This document shows positions 9,401 through 19,300 of a stretch of DNA of 40,335 nt, piece by piece. Origin of the DNA: Promethearchaeota archaeon. GTDB taxonomy: Archaea; Asgardarchaeota; Lokiarchaeia; Sigyniarchaeales; SOKP01. The DNA lies in assembly GCA_048938445.1 (NCBI GenBank), contig JBHLME010000029.1, positions 1 through 40,335 of the forward strand, given 5' to 3'. Made by a program: the position numbers and the translations under genes. A model generated the notes under the pieces. The model did no database searches and had not been told where the DNA came from. It was given only the letters and a program-made list of their open reading frames with translations. Position 1 is the first letter of the stretch. Each line of letters opens with the position of its first letter.

Positions 9401-9874
9401 GAATTTAATGGTAGAGAGATTATGTATAATGGAATAACAGGTGAAAAATATGAAGCGGGAATCTATTGCACGCCAATTTATTATCAAAAATTATATCACT
9501 TAGTTGCAGATAAACTTCACGCTCGAGCACGTGGTCCTGTTCAAATATTAACTAGACAACCTACTGAAGGTCGAGCAAGGGAAGGAGGGCTTAGGTTCGG
9601 AGAAATGGAGCGAGATTGTCTCGTTGGCCATGGTTCTGCTATATTATTAAAAGAGAGATTGCTAGACGAATCTGATAGAACGGTTATTCTCATTTGTGAA
9701 AAATGCGGACTTTTAGCAGTATATGATAGAAATAGAGACAAACGATACTGCCCTGTTTGTGGAGAAGGGACCACCATCTCAAAAGTGGTTTGTTCTTATG
9801 CCTTTAAACTGCTATTGCAAGAAATGATGTCTCTAGGATTAGCGCCTAGATTAAAGTTAAAAGAAAAGATCTAA
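6494..9874 (+). CDS. rpoB: RNA polymerase subunit B (Rpo2), unsplit
   Basis: GGYFIINGTERV, DKDHYANKRL, CPAETPEG, GDKFSSRHGQKG, RQPTEGRAREGGLRFGEMERD; C-terminal Zn ribbon. Start could be either of two nearby TTG codons. Confidence 0.98.
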   Translation: MIILSTEKITNADKWIILKSLFDEKGLVRQHLDSYNDFIEYKMQEIVDESAEVVPDIPGFKIKFGKIKVGRPKVREADGATMEISPIEARIRELSYAADITLEMTPITIDERTQREEEEETLDIYIGKIPIMLKSCRCPLESLSEQELIKSGEDPLDPGGYFIINGTERVLVTQEDLAPNRILAEEASRSSSATHQAKVFSTRSGFRAPVTIERKKDGNLRVSFPSVPGKIPLAILMRALGLHSDREIFEAISENDEIQKELIPVIDVASEIQVLKDPEKSQQNALDYIGKRVAIGQTKDYRIRRALQVLDRYLLPHIGNNEEDRIKKAYYLGQMAQKVMELAIGFREPDDKDHYANKRLKLAGELFTSLFRVAFLNLVKDIKYQLERTAVRGRAPNIKTAVRADVITERIRHALATGNWVGGKAGVSQLLNRTNHVGTLSHLRRVISPLSRSQPHFEARDLHPTQWGKICPAETPEGPNCGLVKNLGLASIISVGTDENLLEKIIIDLGVIPINEVKNIRGNKVKVFLNGKLVGIHQQYNNFIRQLREKRRRGEIGQHVNIGYYYDSKEIQINCDAGRATRPLFVLKNENLLITKEIIEKLKQKKFIWSDLVKKGIIEYLDAEEEENAFIAMFEEDITPEHTHLEISPAAILGICASIIPFPEHNQSPRNTYEAGMVKQALGLFAANLHLRLDTRGHTLHYPQQPLVKTSPMEIIGINQRPAGQNFIIGMMSFEGFNIEDAIIINKASIDRGLARSHFFRTYDAEERKYPGGEVDKFEIPERGVRGFKSAESYRLLSEVDGIIEPETTVNGGDVLIGRTSPPRFIKSYEEFELMQPNRRETSKNMRHNEKGIVDTVIISETVDGNKLVKIKVRDLRIPELGDKFSSRHGQKGVLGLIQPQEDMPFTASGVIPDIIVNPHAMPSRMTLGQLFEGISGKIACNTGKLGDATAFEWKNITELQEQLVQAGFEFNGREIMYNGITGEKYEAGIYCTPIYYQKLYHLVADKLHARARGPVQILTRQPTEGRAREGGLRFGEMERDCLVGHGSAILLKERLLDESDRTVILICEKCGLLAVYDRNRDKRYCPVCGEGTTISKVVCSYAFKLLLQEMMSLGLAPRLKLKEKI

Positions 9875-9949
9875 TAATTTAATAGTTGAATTATTATTTA
9901 ATTATTTTAATTTTATTAAAAATAAAAAAAAAAAAAAATTTATTTTAAG

Positions 9950-10402
9950 TTATCCAGTTAAAGGATTGCCGATAAAGTTTTGCTCAAGTTCGGGTAGTAT
10001 AGTGAACATAAGAAATAGCACGAAAAGCAGAATTAAAGTGATCCAAAGAGCGCTTTCCCAAGAAATGTCTAAGAGATACTTGTTCACTGCGAGTAAAATG
10101 AGAAATCCAAATATAGGGACCATATATATCATATGATTATACCCCCTTTGATCAATTGCATACCTGATACTTACGAGAACATTTCCAAGTCCTTCAAAAA
10201 CATATCCTATTGCACCCAATATGATTGGTAATACGATCACCGTTATCAACGCTATGATTATAATCATAAAAACTTTGTCCTTAGCCCTTTGCCTAGATTC
10301 AATCAATAATACCGCAATATAGAGTACCAATGTAACAATAATGGTTCCTATTATAATTGCGATAACATAATATAATGGATCAAATGAACCCATATTAATC
10401 AC
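9950..10402 (-). CDS. Hypothetical membrane protein (about 4 TM)
   Basis: 150-aa ORF with four hydrophobic segments. Confidence 0.7.
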   Translation of the reverse strand: MINMGSFDPLYYVIAIIIGTIIVTLVLYIAVLLIESRQRAKDKVFMIIIIALITVIVLPIILGAIGYVFEGLGNVLVSIRYAIDQRGYNHMIYMVPIFGFLILLAVNKYLLDISWESALWITLILLFVLFLMFTILPELEQNFIGNPLTG

Positions 10403-10512
10403 TATATAGTAAATTTTTTTTCTTTAATTTTTATAGTTAAAATAAAATAAGACTTATTTTATTAATTAAGTTGGATTATAAAAAAAACTTTGTTCTTATA
10501 ATATATATTATT

Positions 10513-10731
10513 TTATAATCCAATATTAAGAAGGATAAAGTGAAATCCAAACGCTAAAAACACGGCAGAAATAATGATTGTGAGGATAGATAATTTTATT
10601 GAAATATCTCTTCCATATTTTGTATATATTATTAAAATAGCCAAAGAGATACATCCAATAATTAAAAATATCCAAGCAAAAACCCATAGAGGTATTGATG
10701 GAGGGATAAATTGAAAATTTATTAAAAACAT
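10513..10731 (-). CDS. Small hypothetical membrane protein (2 TM)
   Basis: 72-aa ORF, two hydrophobic helices joined by a YTKYGRD loop. Confidence 0.65.
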   Translation of the reverse strand: MFLINFQFIPPSIPLWVFAWIFLIIGCISLAILIIYTKYGRDISIKLSILTIIISAVFLAFGFHFILLNIGL

Positions 10732-10863
10732 GATTCATTTTTATTTTTTATTCTGTAGAACAAAATTATTTATTTATTTTTAATTTTGTTAATTAGAAAA
10801 TTATAAAGGATAAATCATTTAGATTTATTATAATAATCAATTAAAGAATATTATAAAAGGAAA

Positions 10864-11640
10864 ATGCATTTTTTGAAACAACTTGTTGAAAACTCCCAAC
10901 TTGATGATCCTGCAAATAATCACTCTGATATTCATAGACATTTTTATAGGTATTCTAAAGGTGAGTTTATTGGACCAGCAATTATGATTAATACTACTAA
11001 ATCAAGGATTACTATAAAAGGGACTCATGAATATGAAGATCTAATTCAAGAAATCGTTACCAAGACAGCTAATTCAGATAAATTTGAAATTACTGGCATA
11101 TTGGAAACAGGTAAAGATTTAAGTGATGTTATTTCTAATTTAGGTCTTGAATGGAAATTAAAAAAATCCTCAGGTCAAAAACAAATTTTTAAATCAGAGT
11201 TCTCAGATTCAGTTGATAAGGTTACGCTTCTTGAAATGATTGAAACATTCAGAGCTAATAGTTATTTATTGTTATCATTCAATTCTGGGCCTTCATGTAA
11301 GGTTACAACTAAAAAAAGAATACCGCAACCCTCAAAAAAAAAAATTGAAGAAGATGATATTACTAAAAGAGTCCAATTCTGTTCTGGTATCATTGATAAT
11401 AATGAAGATAGTATTAAAATTATTAAAGAACTCGTTTTTACCGATTTCATTTCAGAAATACCTAATAATTTTAAAAAAACACTACTAATGAACAATTATA
11501 AGTTCGATGATATTATAATACCCAAAAACGTAAAAAACTCATTACTTATGAGATTAATGGCAATTCGCAAGGGTAAAATGATAAGATCTTTAGAAGTTGA
11601 TGGGGAATTTTACGAAAAGCAATATAATATCGTAGTTTAA
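10864..11640 (+). CDS. Hypothetical protein
   Basis: 258-aa ATG-started ORF with typical composition; N-terminal HRHFYRYSKGEF motif; no function recognised. Confidence 0.75.
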   Translation: MHFLKQLVENSQLDDPANNHSDIHRHFYRYSKGEFIGPAIMINTTKSRITIKGTHEYEDLIQEIVTKTANSDKFEITGILETGKDLSDVISNLGLEWKLKKSSGQKQIFKSEFSDSVDKVTLLEMIETFRANSYLLLSFNSGPSCKVTTKKRIPQPSKKKIEEDDITKRVQFCSGIIDNNEDSIKIIKELVFTDFISEIPNNFKKTLLMNNYKFDDIIIPKNVKNSLLMRLMAIRKGKMIRSLEVDGEFYEKQYNIVV

Positions 11641-11727
11641 ATATCATAACAATTTGAAAAAATTTAATTTTTATAAAAAATATTAATTTATCAAAATAAG
11701 TCAAAATTATAAAGAGGGATAAGTTCC

Positions 11728-12309
11728 ATTAAACAAGTCACTCCATTACTCCGTTCTTTCCTATATATTATAGGAGGAGATATAGCAATCGAAGTTGGTA
11801 ATGAATTATTAAATTCTGAAGATCAGGATATAACTGATGAGGATATTACAGAAAATATAAAGGAAAGACTCGAAGAGGCTGGAATTGATTTTGAACCAAA
11901 TGATCCAGAAGTATTAAAACTAAATTCTGTTCGAAAAACCCTCTATAAACTCTACTCTTCTAAATTAGCACAATTTAGAAGAATCCGAGATAAAACTACT
12001 GGTTGGTTTATATACTATTGGTGGCATGAATTCGATTTATTAGAGGAAATTTTAATCGAGAAGAAGAAGATCATTCAAAAGAAATTAAGAGAAAGATTAC
12101 AATTCGAAGAAAATAACTATTTTTTTGTATGTAAGAATTGTGTTGAGTCAAAATATAAATACGACTTTGACCAAGCTTTTGAATTGAATTTTCGATGTCC
12201 TGATTGTGGAAATTCATTAGAAGCGCAAGACAATCAACCAATTATAGATTTCATTAAACAACAGATTGTTCTTAATGAAAAAACAAAAATATTAAACCAA
12301 GCAGATTAA
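11728..12309 (+). CDS. tfe: Transcription factor E alpha subunit (TFE), missed by ORF track; probable ATT start
   Basis: Frame open 11713-12309: ITDEDI...LNSVRKTLYKLY...RRIRDKTTGWFIYYW winged helix, then FFVCKNC...FDQAFELNFRCPDCG Zn ribbon. No in-frame ATG/GTG/TTG before the winged helix; AAGAGGGA lies 8 nt upstream of ATT 11728. Confidence 0.9.
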   Translation: MKQVTPLLRSFLYIIGGDIAIEVGNELLNSEDQDITDEDITENIKERLEEAGIDFEPNDPEVLKLNSVRKTLYKLYSSKLAQFRRIRDKTTGWFIYYWWHEFDLLEEILIEKKKIIQKKLRERLQFEENNYFFVCKNCVESKYKYDFDQAFELNFRCPDCGNSLEAQDNQPIIDFIKQQIVLNEKTKILNQAD

Positions 12310-12836
12310 TCATCATTCTTCTTTTTTTTAATGAAAGCAATATCGCCTAATGACGTCCCTGTAGACTTTTTCATAAATTGAGAAGTATTTACTTCAATTT
12401 CATCTGCTTCTTTTAATAGCAATATATCATATGATTTCTCCAATTTTTTAGCTAATTTAATAGTTGGTTTAGCTTTGCCTGCTTCAATCCGTCTTAATAA
12501 TGAGGGTTTCTCATTAATTTTTTGAGCAAATTGTTCTTGTGTTAAATTATTTTTAGTTCTTGTATTTCTAATTCTCTTAGCATAATCTTCAACTATTTCT
12601 TTTTCTAATGATTCTTCTGGTCTTCGAATTTTTTTTTTTTGAGTGGATTGTCTTGTTTTATATCTAACATTTATATTGGATGGGGGTCGTTCATGTATTT
12701 TTTGACCATGCTTAGCACACACTTGACACACGGTTATTTTCGCGCCTTCCAACAATACCGTTTGTCCTTTCCCCCATATGAGTGACCCACATATTGGACA
12801 TTCTTTCTCGTCCTGATTAAAACCTCGTTTTGACAT
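12306..12836 (-). CDS. mbf1: Archaeal multiprotein bridging factor 1 (aMBF1)
   Basis: N-terminal CPICG...VCQVC Zn ribbon, EIVEDYAKRIR, HTH LTQEQFA...IEAGK, C-terminal SLGDI. Confidence 0.92.
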   Translation of the reverse strand: MSKRGFNQDEKECPICGSLIWGKGQTVLLEGAKITVCQVCAKHGQKIHERPPSNINVRYKTRQSTQKKKIRRPEESLEKEIVEDYAKRIRNTRTKNNLTQEQFAQKINEKPSLLRRIEAGKAKPTIKLAKKLEKSYDILLLKEADEIEVNTSQFMKKSTGTSLGDIAFIKKKKNDD

Positions 12837-13058
12837 ATTAACTCTTTTAAGTATAAATATTAAATAATTTTCTAATTAGCTTAAATTATTGGAGTTAATA
12901 AAAGTTTTATAGATTTTTATTAAATATTATCACAAGTTTTTTTTTTAATTAAGAATTTTTCTATTTAAATATACAGAACTTAAATATAAATACATTAAAG
13001 AGTATTAATTTAGTAGAGATATTATCTTAAATTATTTCAAGGATCGAAGGGGTATTTA

Positions 13059-14267
13059 TTGACTACTACAAAAGAGAAGAAAAAAAAAGATGAAACCAAG
13101 GATGGAGAGTATTTAATAACGTATACTCGACACCTAGAAAAGAGGCTCCGGAATCTAGAAACCGAGAAACAGCTATTAGATGCCGAAAGATTGAGACTTG
13201 AGCAGGAATTGCATAGTTTAAGGAATGAAATAGATAGATTGAGAGAACCACCTTTAGTTTCTGCTACTGTTATTGATATTTTAGAAGATAAGGGGCGAGC
13301 AATCGTGAAGAGTTCCACTGGCCCCAGTTTTGTTGTAAATGCAAGCAGAAAAGTAAAAAATGAAAAGTTAGTTGCAGGTACTAGAGTTGCGTTAAATCAA
13401 CGAACGTTTGCAATCATGGAGATACTACCAACAAAATTAGATCCTTTTGTAAAGGGTATGGAAGTCATTGAAAACATACCAGATATTTCTTATTCTGATG
13501 TTGGTGGCCTTGAAGATCAAGTGCAAGAAGTAAGAGAAACAGTAGAACTGCCTTTAAAAAAACCTGAACTGTTTGAGAGCATTGGAATTGAACCACCAAA
13601 AGGAGTTTTATTATATGGCCCTCCAGGAACTGGAAAGACTTTATTAGCTAAAGCGGTTGCTCATGAAACAGAAGCTTCTTTCATTAGAATCATTGGCTCT
13701 GAATTGGTGCAAAAATTTATTGGTGAAGGTGCTCGTTTAGTAAGAGAAATATTTAATTTGGCTAAACAAAAAGCCCCTACAATATTGTTTATTGATGAAC
13801 TAGATGCTATTGGTTCTCAAAGATTAAAAATTGCTACATCTGGTGATCGCGAAGTACAAAGAACCCTTATGCAATTATTAAGCGAATTAGATGGATTTGA
13901 GCTTAGAGGTGATGTAAAGATCATAGGTGCAACAAACAGGGTAGATATTTTAGATCCTGCTTTACTACGTCCGGGAAGATTTGACAGAATGATTGAATTT
14001 CCCGTCCCTAATGATGAAGCTCGAGAAGCCATTTTCAAAATTCATATGAGAAGGTTAAACATTGAAAAAGAAGTTAAAATTAAAAAATTGGTATCTATCA
14101 CCGATGGTGCTACGGGAGCTGATATAAAAGCAATATGTACGGAAGCTGGAATGTTTGCAATAAGAAAAGATGCAGAAATAATTACTGAGGAGGATTTTAT
14201 CGACGCATCTAATAAGGTCCTTAACAAGATTAAGGATAATTTACAGTCTTCTGGTTTATATGCCTAA
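13059..14267 (+). CDS. pan: Proteasome-activating nucleotidase
   Basis: N-terminal coiled coil and OB fold, [33 protein letters not shown]-terminal HbYX motif LYA. Confidence 0.97.
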   Translation: MTTTKEKKKKDETKDGEYLITYTRHLEKRLRNLETEKQLLDAERLRLEQELHSLRNEIDRLREPPLVSATVIDILEDKGRAIVKSSTGPSFVVNASRKVKNEKLVAGTRVALNQRTFAIMEILPTKLDPFVKGMEVIENIPDISYSDVGGLEDQVQEVRETVELPLKKPELFESIGIEPPKGVLLYGPPGTGKTLLAKAVAHETEASFIRIIGSELVQKFIGEGARLVREIFNLAKQKAPTILFIDELDAIGSQRLKIATSGDREVQRTLMQLLSELDGFELRGDVKIIGATNRVDILDPALLRPGRFDRMIEFPVPNDEAREAIFKIHMRRLNIEKEVKIKKLVSITDGATGADIKAICTEAGMFAIRKDAEIITEEDFIDASNKVLNKIKDNLQSSGLYA

Positions 14268-14339
14268 CTTCTTTCTTTTTATTAATTAAGAGTAAGAAAA
14301 ACTTTTTTTAAATTAAATATTATTTAGTTATTAATCAAT

Positions 14340-14825
14340 ATGTTTAATGAAGATTATTTAGATCTGAGAAAGATTAAAGCAATTTCGGATTATCAATTCG
14401 GACCGGACATTACAGACATTCTTTTTAATAAACCTGAACATATCCGAATTGAACGATCAAGAAACACTAACAAAATTAGGTATGTCTATTTTAAAGATAC
14501 GATGCTATTGAGTCTTAGACCTACAAATGGTTTTTTTACTCTGACTAATTATTCTGCTAAAAAAATTTTAGAAAAAACCTCAATTCCAAGATTAAGAGTT
14601 GTTGTCTTGACTGAAATTTCTGAGTTTATAATCAAGGGTCGTAATGTTTTTTGTAAGCATGTCGTTGATATTGATAGTAATTTAAGACCTATGGATGAAG
14701 TTATTGTTGTTAATCAAGAAGATAAGGCATTAGCTATAGGAAGACTCAAGATCCCTGCGTACCAAGTAAAGTTTTTTGAAAGTGGAATTGCGGTTGATGT
14801 AAGAAAGGGAATTCTTAACAATTAA
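14340..14825 (+). CDS. Stand-alone PUA-domain protein (archaeosine TGT C-terminal-like)
   Basis: DYQFG, SRNTNKIRYV, GRNVFCKHV, LRPMDEV and GIAVDVRKG motifs. Confidence 0.82.
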   Translation: MFNEDYLDLRKIKAISDYQFGPDITDILFNKPEHIRIERSRNTNKIRYVYFKDTMLLSLRPTNGFFTLTNYSAKKILEKTSIPRLRVVVLTEISEFIIKGRNVFCKHVVDIDSNLRPMDEVIVVNQEDKALAIGRLKIPAYQVKFFESGIAVDVRKGILNN

Positions 14826-14900
14826 AATCAATATCAAATGTTTTAATAAAGTGATTTATTATTTAAATTATAAGTTTGATTTAAATTGTGATAATATAAA

Positions 14901-15380
14901 ATGAAATTGCCTAAAGAAATACAGAAGAAAGAAAGTACTAAACCCAAACGTCCTCAAGCAGTTAAAAAGCCGGCAGGTGGTCAACAATTTGGATCCAGGC
15001 AAATGAGGAGAAGAATGCAGAACCAAGGAATTGACATGGATCAAGTTGATGCAACACGAGTGATAATTGAAGGTACTGAAAAGACTTTAGTAATTGAACA
15101 ACCAGAAGTTATTTTAATGAAACAAGCAGGTCAAGAAATATATCAAGTTATTGGTTCAGCAGAAGAATACATGCCAGATGAATTTAGTGTTTCTGAAATT
15201 GAAACAGAAGAAGATGTTGAGTCTTTAGAGGAATCTGAAATAAAACCCACGATCACAGAAAGTGACATAATGTTAGTTGCTACACAAGGAAATGTTTCAC
15301 CCGAAGAAGCTAAAGCGGTGTTGTTAGAATGTGATGGTGATATTGCAAAATCAATTTTATATCTTAAAAACAGACCTTAA
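14901..15380 (+). CDS. nac: Nascent polypeptide-associated complex protein
   Basis: RQMRRRMQNQGIDM, RVIIE, IEQPEV, IYQVIG (NAC domain); C-terminal UBA-like DIMLV...GDIAKSI. Confidence 0.92.
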   Translation: MKLPKEIQKKESTKPKRPQAVKKPAGGQQFGSRQMRRRMQNQGIDMDQVDATRVIIEGTEKTLVIEQPEVILMKQAGQEIYQVIGSAEEYMPDEFSVSEIETEEDVESLEESEIKPTITESDIMLVATQGNVSPEEAKAVLLECDGDIAKSILYLKNRP

Positions 15381-15459
15381 TATTATTTATAAAATCAAAA
15401 GATTTAAAGTCATAAATTAATTCAAATTTTTATTAAGGTTATAAAATAATCGATTCAAA

Positions 15460-15816
15460 ATGTCTAAAGTTAAGAAAAGACCAGCAAGTCTGCAAACATC
15501 TATTTCTGAGATTGATATTAAATTTGAAAAAATTATTCAAATTACGGGATTTCTTTTTCTTCTTGCATGTCTTGGAGCTCTTGGTCTGCTTGGTTTATTA
15601 GATCTCGCAAATATTATAGAAACAGATGTTTCTTTAAATGCCATGTCCTTTGCATTTATATTATTTTCAGGTACTAGTTCTGGTTTAACTTTTGGGATGG
15701 GATTGGTAATTAAAAATAATAGAGATAAAAAAAGACGTTATTTTCTTGATTGGTTGTTTGGAGAGTTTTTCTTATGCATGATGGCAATCTTTAGCGTTGC
15801 TATATATCAATGGTGA
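15460..15816 (+). CDS. Hypothetical membrane protein (about 3 TM)
   Basis: 118-aa ORF with three hydrophobic segments. Confidence 0.7.
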   Translation: MSKVKKRPASLQTSISEIDIKFEKIIQITGFLFLLACLGALGLLGLLDLANIIETDVSLNAMSFAFILFSGTSSGLTFGMGLVIKNNRDKKRRYFLDWLFGEFFLCMMAIFSVAIYQW

Positions 15817-16348
15817 TTTTTAAAACATATATTTTAAGTGAAATTACTTATTTATAATCATCTCTAGGTGGTTGATATAATTTTAATATATTTTTATGAT
15901 TTTAATATAAGATTATGATTGATTCTGCTTTCTTATTAACGATCAGCATAATATTATAATTCCACCTAAAAGCATTTTTTCATTTTTTATTTATTAACAT
16001 TGGTTTTTTATTAATATAATATTTTAAATGAAAAGTAAACAGTTGAAAAAGAACGACATTATACAATTAATAACCAAATCAGAAAATTGAGGACCTCCCT
16101 ATATGAAAAAACCAGGGAATTTATAATAATGTATATATAATCATAAAAAAAAAATCATTATTCTATTAATAAAATAGTTTAAATTAAAATAAAAATAAAA
16201 TTTTTATATCAAAAAAGGTAAAATATATACCATAACAAGTAATTAATAACTCTTTTTTGTCTATTCAGGGGATTCGACAAAATTCGGAGATTATTAATCA
16301 GGTATTACATATTAAAAATAAGAATATATAAAAAGATGAGATTGATCT

Positions 16349-19300
16349 ATGGGATTATTTTCAAATACCGTTGAAGGGAATAGTGAACGAAGTAAATATT
16401 TGAGAAATTTATTACCAAGAGTTTTTAGAACTGAAGGGGATGTTGTCGAATTCGATCCTTTAAAAATTGAAGAAAGTATCGTAAAAGAAACTGGTTTAGA
16501 TAAGGAATCTGCTGATAAAATTACTGAAATTGCAGTAAGAAGGATAATTTCTTCTGGAATAAAATTTCTATCTGGTCCACATATTAGAGAAATTGTATGT
16601 TCTGTATTATCTGAACAACATTTTGAAGAAGAGAGAAAATTATATACTCGAATTGGAATGCCCCTCATGGATTATGAAGCTATTTTGGAACATGGTGTAG
16701 ATGAAAATGCCAATCAAGACATGAATCCAGAAAGCATACATCATTGGGCTGCGAATAGAATATCAGATGAATATGCACTTTTAAGATTATTGGATTCAGA
16801 AGAGTCTAAGGCTCATTTATATGGAGATATTCACATTCATATGCTCAGGTATTTCGATTTGAGACCGTTCTGCCAAGAATGGGACCCTCGAATGATATTG
16901 GAAAATGGCCTTCCTCCTGTTGACAGTTGGCCTCATTGTAATAAATCAGGTCCTGCAGGAAGCTTGCGAGTTGCAGTCACACATTTAGCAAAATGGTTGG
17001 GCATTATACAAGGAGAGTTTAGCTTACCACATTGGGAAAAAGTTTTAATAGAAGAAAATGGCATTCTTTATTGGAGACAAATAGGAGATGTTGTCAATGA
17101 AAATCTGAAGGCTTTAAAAAAAATTTATACTTTTGCTTTTAATCCCCAGACATTGAAAATGGAAAAGTATCAAATAACAAATGTCCGCAAACACAAATGT
17201 AACGAACCTTTTTTAAAATTTAAACTTGAATATGGTCGTGAGATCACGGTAACACAACATCATAGTTTATTTACCATTGAAAATGGAAAAGTCATTCCTA
17301 TCAAAGGTGAAAATCTAAAAATTGGGGATTTTTTGGTTATTCCTAAAAAAATTAATTATAATAATAAACTTAAATCTGTTAATATTATCAATTTAATTCA
17401 ACAATATTCTCAAGATATGTCTCGATGGTACGTCAGATCAACAAGAGACATTCTGACAACTAAACAAATTGCTGAACTGCGCAAAATTGATAAATGGGCC
17501 AATCAACACTTGCATAGTGATTCTGTTCCTTTAGACATCTTTATAAAATTGAATGTTGATCCATCCAAGTTTAAACATATTCAATTAGGTATGGCTCGAA
17601 GCCCTTATATAATTCCAGCTGATATTCCAATTACAAAGGAGCTATTATTTATTTTAGGAATTTTTGTAGCGGAAGGTTCTGGAAGCTATAAACATTTCAA
17701 TCTCACTCTTGGAATTCATGAAGAGAATTTAATTAATGAAATTAAGCAAGATTTTTATTCTGTATTTAAAGTTGAACTTAAAGATAGACATCCTCATAAT
17801 TCTGTCAATCAGTTATCAATCAATAGCGATCTTTTCAGAGAACTTTTTGAAGACCTCTTCCAAATAGGTCATGGCGCACATAATAAAAGAGTACCCTTTT
17901 TTGTTTTTGGATTAGAAGAACAGTATATGCGTAATTTTTTAAGAGGGTATTTTCTTGGTGATGGTCATTGTAGAAATTCTAATTTAAATAAAAAACGCAT
18001 TAGAAATGAAATTTCAGGAAAAACCGTGAGTGAACAACTTATTGAAGATTTGAATTTTCTACTGCTTAAACTTGGAATTGTTTCTTCAATTAATTATAGA
18101 GAAGATGGAAATACGATATCAATTTATGGTAAAGAATTTCTTGAAATATTTTTGCAATCCTTCAAAGAAGAAGATTTAAAATGGATAGTAGAGCAGACAG
18201 ATTTTAAAATGTCTCCTATTCCACTTCAACTTCCAACGAATCATTGTGGATTAAGAGAGCATTATGGTAAAAGTTTTGATTTAAACCATATTGAAAGAGG
18301 AGTTATTAATCAAAAACAAAGAATTGGGAGGACCAATTTAAATAAAATCTTGATGAAAGTTCCAGATAGTTCATATAAATCACGATTGACTAAGTTTTTG
18401 GAAAGTGATCTAACTGTATTAAAAATAAAAGATATAATTAAACTTCCAGAAGAGGAATATGCCTATGATTTCGAAGTTGCTCCAAATGGTGAATTAATCG
18501 AAAATTTTGTTGGTGGAAAAGGTTTGATCATTGCTCATAATTCTGGAGGACAAGGATATGATTACATTACAACCTTCTTAGCCCCCTACGCTCGCGGAGT
18601 GAGTGATAGAGAAATTGAACAGTCCATGCAATGTTTGATATTTGAGACGAATCAAATTTTTGCGGCAAGGGGAGGGCAGGTTCCATTTACATCAATTTCG
18701 TGCACTCCTACCGTGCCAGAAGGATTGTTCAATATCCCTGCTATTGGCCCTCATGGAAAAAAAGTTGGATATTATGGTGATTACAAGGATGAGTGTTTAA
18801 AACTTTTTGATGCTTTAACTGACGTGTATATAAAAGGTGACTATAATGGACGTCTTTTTGCTTTTCCTAAACATGAAGTAAAGATTAAGAAAGAATGGTT
18901 AAAAGAATTTGAAACTTCTTATTTGAAATTAATGGAAGAAGTAGTCTCTATGGGAACGCCTTATTTTTTAAACATGTGCCCGGATTGGATGCCTGACGAA
19001 ATTCATAGTCAATGTTGTAGAAAATTTCTTAGCGGAAATGAAATTATAAGTAGATGCATTTTAGATCCTGAGAAAAGAAAAAATGCTAATGTATGGGAAA
19101 ATTATGTGACTATAGGATCTTTACAATCTGTAAGTTTAAATTTACCCAGATATGCTTACATGTCCAAAACCTTAGAAGAATATTTCAGAATTTTGGATGA
19201 AAAAATGGAATTAACAGCACGCATACTGCTTAAAAAATGGGATCTAATGGAAAAAAGACTTAAAACAGGACATTTACCTTTATGTAGTGGCACCATTAAG

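Noticed and set aside
7012-9777. Short minus-strand ORFs inside rpoB (and similar ones inside pan, nrdD, cbf5, thiL, ilvE)
   Set aside because: Fully overlap highly conserved genes; no motifs of their own.
10526-10738. 70-aa ORF overlapping 10513-10731
   Set aside because: Alternative frame; the 72-aa two-helix protein is more plausible.
15817-16348. Riboswitch or ncRNA in the long nrdD leader (TTTTGTC...GACAAAA stem near 16255-16282)
   Set aside because: Single short stem; no recognisable cobalamin or other aptamer motifs.
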